Shown here one piece after another: positions 57,247 to 63,471 of a DNA stretch of 63,471 nt. The stretch lies in contig JAFGSN010000107.1 of NCBI GenBank assembly GCA_016934575.1, forward strand, positions 1 through 63,471, given 5' to 3'. Origin of the DNA: Vicinamibacteria bacterium (lineage in GTDB: Bacteria; Acidobacteriota; Vicinamibacteria; Fen-336). The position numbers and the translations under genes are program-made. Below the pieces are notes generated by a model that saw only the letters and a list, made by a program, of their open reading frames with translations, searched no databases and had not been told where the DNA came from. Every line of letters starts with the position of its first letter. The stretch's first letter is position 1.

Positions 57247-59673
57247 ATGCGATTTGGACGGTTCGACGATGAGATGCGCGAATACGTGATCACGACGCCG
57301 ATGACGCCGTATCCGTGGATCAATTATCTCGGCTGCGAGAGATTTTTCTCGCTGATCTCGCATCTTGCGGGCGGATACTGTTTCCATCAGGATGCGCGCC
57401 TGCGCCGAATCACGCGCTATCGCTATAACAACGTCCCGATCGACGCCGGAGGGCGCTACTTCTACATCCGTGAAGGCGATGATTTCTGGAATCCGAGCTT
57501 CATGCCCGCCAAGCGCGCGCTGGATCGGTTCGAGTGCCGTCATGGTCTGGGATACACGAAGATCGTCGGGCGACGATCGGATCTCGAGGCCGAATCGCTT
57601 TTTCTGGTGCCACTGGGCGTCGACGCTGAGGTGCAGCGCCTGCGGTTGCGCAACCTCGCGCGCCGGCCGCGGGAGCTGCGCGTTTTTTCATTCGTCGAGT
57701 TCTGTCTGTGGAACGCCTATGACGACATGACGAATTTCCAGCGTAACTTTTCGACCGGCGAGGTCGAGGTCGAAGGCCGCGTCATTTATCACAAGACCGA
57801 GTATCGCGAGCGCCGAGATCACTATGCGTTCTACGGCGTGAACGCCGACCTGGAGGGTTTCGACACCGATCGGGAGTCGTTTTTGGGCATGTACAACGGT
57901 TTTCACGAGCCGGAGGCCGTCATTGAAGGCCGCGCGCGCAACTCGATCGCCAGCGGTTGGGCGCCGATCGGCTCGCACTGTGTCTCGTTGCGCCTGGAGC
58001 CGGGCGAGGAGCGGACGTTCGTCTTCGTCCTGGGCTACGTGGAGAATCCGCCGGACGGCAAATGGGAACGGCCGGGCGTGATCGAAAAAGAGCCGGCGCG
58101 CCGCGTCCTGGCGCGCTTCGCCGACTGCGCGCGGGTCGATCAGGCGATGGCGGATCTCCGCGCCTATTGGGACGAACTGCTCTCGGTCTATCGCGTCGAG
58201 TCGCCCGATGAACGTCTGGACCGCATGGTGAACGCCTGGAATCCCTATCAGTGCATGGTCACGTTCAATATCTCGCGCAGCGCCTCGTATTTCGAGAGCG
58301 GCATCGGGCGCGGCATGGGATTTCGCGACTCGAACCAGGATTTGCTCGGTTTCGTTCACCTCGTGCCCGCGCGTGCGAGGGAGAGAATTCTCGACATCGC
58401 GGCCACTCAATTCCCGGACGGAAGCGCCTATCACCAGTATCAGCCGCTCACGAAGCGCGGCAACAACGAGGTCGGCTCCGGTTTCAACGACGACCCGCTG
58501 TGGCTGATCCAGGGCGTTGCGGCCTACGTCAAGGAGACCGGCGACTTCGAGATCTTGAGGGCGGAGGTTCCGTTCGACAACGACCCGGCGAACGTCGCCA
58601 CGCTGTTCGAGCACCTCAAGCGCTCCTTCATGCATGTGCCGAGAAACCTCGGTCCGCACGGCCTGCCGCTCATCGGACGCGCCGACTGGAACGATTGCCT
58701 GAATCTCAACTGCTTTTCCGAGACTCCCGACGAGTCCTATCAGACGACCGCGAACCGCGAAGGCCGAACGGCCGAGTCGGTTTTCATCGCCGGATTGTTT
58801 CTGTTCGTGACGCCGGATTACGTCGCGTTGGCCGAGCGTCTGGGCTTTTCGGACGAAGCCCAGGCGGCTCGCGATCACGCGCAACGCATGCGCGCGGCGT
58901 TGATCACGCACGGCTGGGACGGCGAGTGGTTTTTGCGCGCCTACGACTTCTTCGGTCGCAAGGTCGGCAGTCGCGAGAACGACGAGGGGCAGATCTTCAT
59001 CGAGCCGCAGGGTTATTGCGTCATGGCCGGCGTGGGCGTCGATGATGGACGCGCACGAAAAGCGTTGGACTCGGTCAAGCGGCGTCTCGATACGCCCTGG
59101 GGAATCGTGGTGCACAATCCGGCGTACACCAAGTATCGCGTCGAGCTCGGCGAGATCTCCTCATATCCGCCGGGTTACAAGGAGAATGCCGGGGTGTTCT
59201 GCCACAACAATCCATGGATCATGATCGCGGAGACCATGATCGGACGCGGGGATCGCGCTTTCGAGTACTACAAGAAGATCACGCCGTCATATCTGGAAGA
59301 CATGAGCGAGATCCATCGCACCGAGCCTTATGCTTATTCGCAGATGATCGCAGGCAAGGACGCGGCGCGCAAGGGTGAGGCCAAGAACTCGTGGCTCACC
59401 GGAACCGCGGCCTGGAACTTCGTCGCCATCACGCAGTACATGCTCGGCGTTCGTCCGGAGCTGGATGGTTTGCGGGTGGAGCCGCGTATCGATCGGGAGA
59501 TCGCCGAATTCACCGTCACGCGCAAGTGTCGTGGCGCCGTTTATCGCATACGCGTGAAGAACGGCGGCGGCGCCGGTCCGGCACGCCTTCAGGTGAACGG
59601 CCGTCCGATATCGGGCACTCTGGTCCCGTACGCATCCCCAGGAGAGACGATCGAGATCGATTGCGAGGCTTGA
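57247..59673 (+). CDS. Cellobiose phosphorylase (GH94)
   Basis: [94 protein letters not shown]; ATG after AGGAGG. Confidence 0.94.
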   Translation: MRFGRFDDEMREYVITTPMTPYPWINYLGCERFFSLISHLAGGYCFHQDARLRRITRYRYNNVPIDAGGRYFYIREGDDFWNPSFMPAKRALDRFECRHGLGYTKIVGRRSDLEAESLFLVPLGVDAEVQRLRLRNLARRPRELRVFSFVEFCLWNAYDDMTNFQRNFSTGEVEVEGRVIYHKTEYRERRDHYAFYGVNADLEGFDTDRESFLGMYNGFHEPEAVIEGRARNSIASGWAPIGSHCVSLRLEPGEERTFVFVLGYVENPPDGKWERPGVIEKEPARRVLARFADCARVDQAMADLRAYWDELLSVYRVESPDERLDRMVNAWNPYQCMVTFNISRSASYFESGIGRGMGFRDSNQDLLGFVHLVPARARERILDIAATQFPDGSAYHQYQPLTKRGNNEVGSGFNDDPLWLIQGVAAYVKETGDFEILRAEVPFDNDPANVATLFEHLKRSFMHVPRNLGPHGLPLIGRADWNDCLNLNCFSETPDESYQTTANREGRTAESVFIAGLFLFVTPDYVALAERLGFSDEAQAARDHAQRMRAALITHGWDGEWFLRAYDFFGRKVGSRENDEGQIFIEPQGYCVMAGVGVDDGRARKALDSVKRRLDTPWGIVVHNPAYTKYRVELGEISSYPPGYKENAGVFCHNNPWIMIAETMIGRGDRAFEYYKKITPSYLEDMSEIHRTEPYAYSQMIAGKDAARKGEAKNSWLTGTAAWNFVAITQYMLGVRPELDGLRVEPRIDREIAEFTVTRKCRGAVYRIRVKNGGGAGPARLQVNGRPISGTLVPYASPGETIEIDCEA

Positions 59674-60833
59674 AGCGGAGGATCAATACAAACTTGTTCG
59701 TCAGTGAGCAACCGGGAGACCTTCTCTTTCTGAGCATCGCGCCTCCGAGCGCCACGGCCCTCGACGCCGAATCGTTCGCCCGGCAGGCGTACGAGCCGCT
59801 CGGGCGCCTGCTCGAGGAGCGGAACGCGGTCGTTCTAGGCGAGCGGATCTACGGAAGCCTTGCCGTGGCTCAGCGCGTGCTTGCGGCGCGCCGCGCGGCG
59901 CTGGCCGATGCCGTTGAGCGCGCGGCCGTAGCGCCGACCTACGTCGAGGGCGCTCCCGGCCGGGGCGAGGGCGTAGCGGGTTTTCACGCCATCGCCGTGA
60001 GGATGGCCGACAGCGAAGATCGCCTCATCGTAGAGGGCGGAACCGCCTGTGGCCGCATGGTGCGCGGGCGCGACGCCTGGTTTCTCGGCGTCTCTGACGC
60101 CGGTTGCCTCGCTCGTGACGGCGCGGCTCGCGCGGCGCAAGAGGAGACGCGCCGCACGTTAATCGCCGTCGAGCGTCTTCTCGACAGACTCGGTTGGTCT
60201 TTCACGCAAATCCAACGGACCTGGTTCTATCTCGATCGAATTCTCGACTGGTATGGAGATTTCAATCGAGTTCGTAACGCGACCTTCCGCCGGCTCGGCA
60301 TGCTCGGCCGTGAATCGTTGACGCCGATTCCCGCCAGCACCGGCATTCGCGGTCGAAATCTCATGGGAGGATTCTGCACCCTGGACCTCATCGCCACGGC
60401 TCCGATCGACGGACGGCGGCACGTTGCGCGTCGCCTCATGCATCAAGGGCAGAATGAAGCCACCGATTATGGCTCGGCGTTCGCGCGCGGCCGAGAGCTT
60501 TCCCTCGAAAGCTGTCGCTATGTGTTTGTTTCGGGGACGGCCTCGATCGACGAGCGTGGCGTGAGCGTATGCGTCGGCGATTTCGAGGCGCAGATGCGCC
60601 GGACGCTTGCGGCCGTGAGAAGTCTGCTGGCGACGGCGGACGCGGAGGCGAGCGACATACGTCAGGCCACGGCGTTCTTGAAGCGCCGCGAGGATCGCGA
60701 TGCATATTGCAGGATTCTCGAGGACGAGGGGCTGGCGTCGCTGCCGATCGTTTGCACGCTTGCCGATGTGTGCCGGGCCGAGCTTTTGTTTGAGCTCGAC
60801 GCCACCGCCGTTCTTCCACGACGCGCGCGCTGA
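59670..60833 (+). CDS. Multi-domain Rid/YjgF-fold protein (FkbO/Hyg5 chorismatase-like)
   Basis: [48 protein letters not shown]; TTG start overlapping the CBP stop (start uncertain). Confidence 0.78.
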   Translation: MKRRINTNLFVSEQPGDLLFLSIAPPSATALDAESFARQAYEPLGRLLEERNAVVLGERIYGSLAVAQRVLAARRAALADAVERAAVAPTYVEGAPGRGEGVAGFHAIAVRMADSEDRLIVEGGTACGRMVRGRDAWFLGVSDAGCLARDGAARAAQEETRRTLIAVERLLDRLGWSFTQIQRTWFYLDRILDWYGDFNRVRNATFRRLGMLGRESLTPIPASTGIRGRNLMGGFCTLDLIATAPIDGRRHVARRLMHQGQNEATDYGSAFARGRELSLESCRYVFVSGTASIDERGVSVCVGDFEAQMRRTLAAVRSLLATADAEASDIRQATAFLKRREDRDAYCRILEDEGLASLPIVCTLADVCRAELLFELDATAVLPRRAR

Positions 60834-60920
60834 AGTCGTTCGGGACTTATCGAAATCGGCCGCCGAGTATGCTCGCCAATGAGAGACGGGCGTCTGCTGT
60901 GATAAGATCGTGCCGGTTCA

Positions 60921-61652
60921 ATGAACCCCGATCTTGAGAAGCTGATACGTCTTCAACAGACAGAAAACGACATTCGCGCGGTGGAAGCGAGCCTTGCGGA
61001 GATTCCCCGCCAGAAAGCCTCGATTGACGCCGAGTTGACCGAAGGCGGTCGGCGCGTGGCGCAAGAGCGCGAAGCTCTCGCCGACTCACAGAAGAATCGG
61101 CGCCGCCGGGAGGGCGAGTTGCAGGATCTCGAGAACCGGCGCTCCAGGTACAAGGGCCAACTCATGGAGGTGAAGACCAACAAGGAGTATTCCGCGATGC
61201 TGCATGAGATCGAGGCCGTGGAGCGCGAAGTCCGAGGACTGGAAGACCTGATTCTGGCGGATCTTGAAGCGGCCGATGATCTAACGGCCAGTCTGTCCCA
61301 TATGGAAAGGCTTTTCCACGAGACCGAGGAACGCGCACGATCGGCGCACGATCGCCTCGATGTCGAGGCCGCCGCGCTCGAGAAAAAGCGGGGAGCGCTG
61401 ACTGTCGAACGAGACGCGATCGCCGGCTCGCTCAATGCGGATTTGCTGACGCTGTTCCAGCGCGTGGCGCATGTCCGTGGCGGAGTGGCCATGGCCCCCG
61501 CTCAAGAGGAGAGCTGTCAAGTCTGTCATATGCGGTTGCGGCCGCAGATGTTCGTGGACGTCAAGAGGAACGACGCGATCCGCCAGTGTCCCTCGTGCAG
61601 CCGCATCCTGTACTTCGCGCCTCCGGTGCCCGTCGTTGTTCCGGAACCATAA
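60921..61652 (+). CDS. Coiled-coil C4-type zinc-ribbon domain protein (CT398/HP0958-like)
   Basis: LIRLQ, KTNKEYSAMLHEI, CQVCHM...CPSCSRILY. Confidence 0.92.
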   Translation: MNPDLEKLIRLQQTENDIRAVEASLAEIPRQKASIDAELTEGGRRVAQEREALADSQKNRRRREGELQDLENRRSRYKGQLMEVKTNKEYSAMLHEIEAVEREVRGLEDLILADLEAADDLTASLSHMERLFHETEERARSAHDRLDVEAAALEKKRGALTVERDAIAGSLNADLLTLFQRVAHVRGGVAMAPAQEESCQVCHMRLRPQMFVDVKRNDAIRQCPSCSRILYFAPPVPVVVPEP

Positions 61653-62083
61653 CCGGCTCGAAAGACGCGCTCTCGACGCTGGTCCTTCATGTTGACGGCG
61701 CCAGTCGCGGCAACCCCGGAAACGCTGGATACGGCGTCCACGCACAATACCAGCGAAGTCACGGAGCTTTTCGGCCACCTCGGAAAAACAACGAACAACG
61801 TCGCGGAATATCAGGCGTTGCTGCACGCGTTGCGTTTCGCACGCGACCGTGGCGCGCGGCGCATCGAAGTCTTCTACGACTCCGAGCTTCTCGCCCGTCC
61901 AGTGAACGGCGATGACCGCGTTAGGTTAGGAGTCCCGGAATCGTGCCGTTGCACGGCGAGTCGCGAAAACTGCTCGGCGGATTCGAGAGCGCTCGCGTCG
62001 TCCACGTCGGCCGTGAAAGAAACGTCAAGGCGGACCGGCTCGCCAACAGGGCGATCGACGAGAAAAGCTCAAGTCCCGGCTGA
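61649..62083 (+). pseudogene. rnhA: Ribonuclease HI family pseudogene (lost start codon, two frameshifts)
   Basis: Three segments: LVLHVDGASRGNPGNAGYG (frame of 61649), TNNVAEYQALL...YDSELL (frame of 61689), HVGRERNVKADRLANRAIDE* (back in the first frame). There is a TGA at 61913-61915 in the first frame. Confidence 0.85.
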
Positions 62084-62782
62084 AATCGCCCATCCGATAT
62101 AGCTGATCATCCGTCCGGCGCGCGGACCGTCGCGACGATAGGAGTGATAAGAGTCCGCCCGGCAGCACGTGCATTCGGAGACGTGGTGTATTCTTGTCGC
62201 GGGCACGCCTGCGCGCTCGAGTTGCCGCTGATTGACGGCACGCAAGTCGAGGCGATGCCGGCCGTCTTCATGGCGCCGCGCGAAAGGCGCTTCGAAAGGG
62301 CCGGTCGGCGAAAGAAGCTCTTCGCCGATTTCATAACAGCACGGTCCGATGCAGGGTCCGAGCGCGGCCATGACGCGCGAGGACGAGCCGCAGGCGCCAA
62401 GAACCTCCCCGAGCGCGCGTACGGCGATGCGCGCCGCCGTTCCGCGCCATCCGGCATGAACGATCGCCGCCGCTCGACTCAGGGGTTCCACGAGCATGAT
62501 TGGCAGGCAGTCCGCCGTTTCCACGGCGATCAGGAAACCCCGCGCAGTCACGATCGCCCCATCCGCCCGAGGCGTTTGCGTGAAGGGCGCGCGCACGATG
62601 CGATCGCCGTGTATTTGCGTGAGGAAGTGAACGGGCCCGAACGTCGTGAGACGAAGCGCACAGCGCTGGCGCGCATCGGCGCGCGACTCGGGCTCGGGCG
62701 CGCGTTTCCCGAAGCCGTGGACCAGGCCCGGGATCTCATCCAGGGCCTGTATTCGCGTATCGAAATCGGTCGTTCGCTGCAC
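62069..62782 (-). CDS. pgeF: PgeF/YfiH laccase-domain (purine nucleoside phosphorylase) protein
   Basis: QIHG, ADG, TADCLP, HAGWRG, GPCIGPCCYEIG, CT, SYRRDG...GRM; GTG start. Confidence 0.93.
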   Translation of the reverse strand: MQRTTDFDTRIQALDEIPGLVHGFGKRAPEPESRADARQRCALRLTTFGPVHFLTQIHGDRIVRAPFTQTPRADGAIVTARGFLIAVETADCLPIMLVEPLSRAAAIVHAGWRGTAARIAVRALGEVLGACGSSSRVMAALGPCIGPCCYEIGEELLSPTGPFEAPFARRHEDGRHRLDLRAVNQRQLERAGVPATRIHHVSECTCCRADSYHSYRRDGPRAGRMISYIGWAISAGT

Positions 62783-62819
62783 GGACTCATCGTACCTTCG
62801 AACGATCGTCTTGGTTCGC

Positions 62820-62848
62820 TTGACTTACTTCGGCGAATAGGGCATAGT
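62820..62848 (+). promoter_or_regulatory. Putative rrn P1 promoter
   Basis: TTGACT, 17 nt, CATAGT. Confidence 0.5.
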
Positions 62849-62918
62849 CTCAAGTCCGGTTGGCAATGACGGTTCTGGCCCCGTGACCGGCGAATGAAAT
62901 GTCTGGGGCGCCGGATGC

Positions 62919-62947
62919 TTGACAAAAAGTAACGACTCCGTCATACT
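62919..62947 (+). promoter_or_regulatory. Putative rrn P2 promoter
   Basis: TTGACA, 17 nt, CATACT, upstream of boxA and the 16S gene. Confidence 0.7.
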
Positions 62948-62953
62948 GGTCGA

Positions 62954-62983
62954 GTCCCCTAAAGAGGGACGGCTCTTTGAAAA
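62954..62983 (+). promoter_or_regulatory. rrn antitermination boxB-like hairpin and boxA
   Basis: GTCCC-CTAAAGA-GGGAC hairpin directly followed by GCTCTTTGAAAA (boxA consensus GCTCTTTAACAA). Confidence 0.7.
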
Positions 62984-63108
62984 CTAGATAGCGCGCAAGA
63001 ATACAAAGCGAGATTTTCGGCCTTTTGGACAAATAGTACTTCAGTTTCGCGGGACCGTCGATGTCGGCCGTCATCATGACCGGCAGGGGCGTGTTTCGCA
63101 AAAAGCTA

Positions 63109-63471
<363 letters not shown>

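Noticed and set aside
57688-59115. 475-aa minus-strand ORF
   Set aside because: Antisense shadow of cellobiose phosphorylase.
61740-61930. Programmed ribosomal frameshifting rescuing rnhA
   Set aside because: No slippery heptamer seen; two shifts plus a missing start codon would all need rescue.
62850-63101. 83-aa minus-strand ORF
   Set aside because: Lies across the rrn promoter and leader.

Overview
High-GC bacterial chromosome segment, almost certainly Acidobacteriota. The partial 16S rRNA gene at the right edge matches the Acidobacteria-specific 31F site GATCCTGGCTCAGAATC, and the gene content is Vicinamibacteria-like. Left to right: (i) 1-13.2 kb, a co-oriented cluster of an acidic TPR protein, two paralogous helical-repeat proteins, a RodZ-like protein, a J-domain/TPR protein, a PP2C phosphatase, a membrane Ser/Thr kinase with PEGA domains, exported TPR-NHL and PEGA-PDZ-TPR proteins, an FHA protein and a DUF4388 protein. 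This is a candidate uncharacterised envelope/polarity phospho-signalling system. (ii) 13.2-23.2 kb, a surface-glycan locus (UbiA-family decaprenyl-phosphate phosphoribosyltransferase, coiled-coil protein, four GT4s, a GT-C-like membrane protein) with rpsU, a STAS protein and rsmI. (iii) 23.2-37.8 kb, an NtrY/NtrX-like pair, M24 peptidase, TPR protein, dtd, a second Ser/Thr kinase, a flippase-like protein, nrdR and a TPR/FG-GAP/ASPIC protein. (iv) 38.1-60.8 kb, a ~22 kb beta-mannan/beta-glucan phosphorolysis locus with five glycoside phosphorylases (3 GH94, 2 GH130), cellobiose 2-epimerase, a GH113 lipoprotein, ROK kinase, three secondary transporters, a LacI regulator with a visible operator, plus unexplained ankyrin, methyltransferase and Rid/chorismatase-like genes. 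(v) a zinc-ribbon protein, an RNase HI pseudogene, pgeF and the start of an rRNA operon. No CRISPR array, tRNA, transposase or prophage gene was seen. All family calls come from motif recognition by eye, not database searches.
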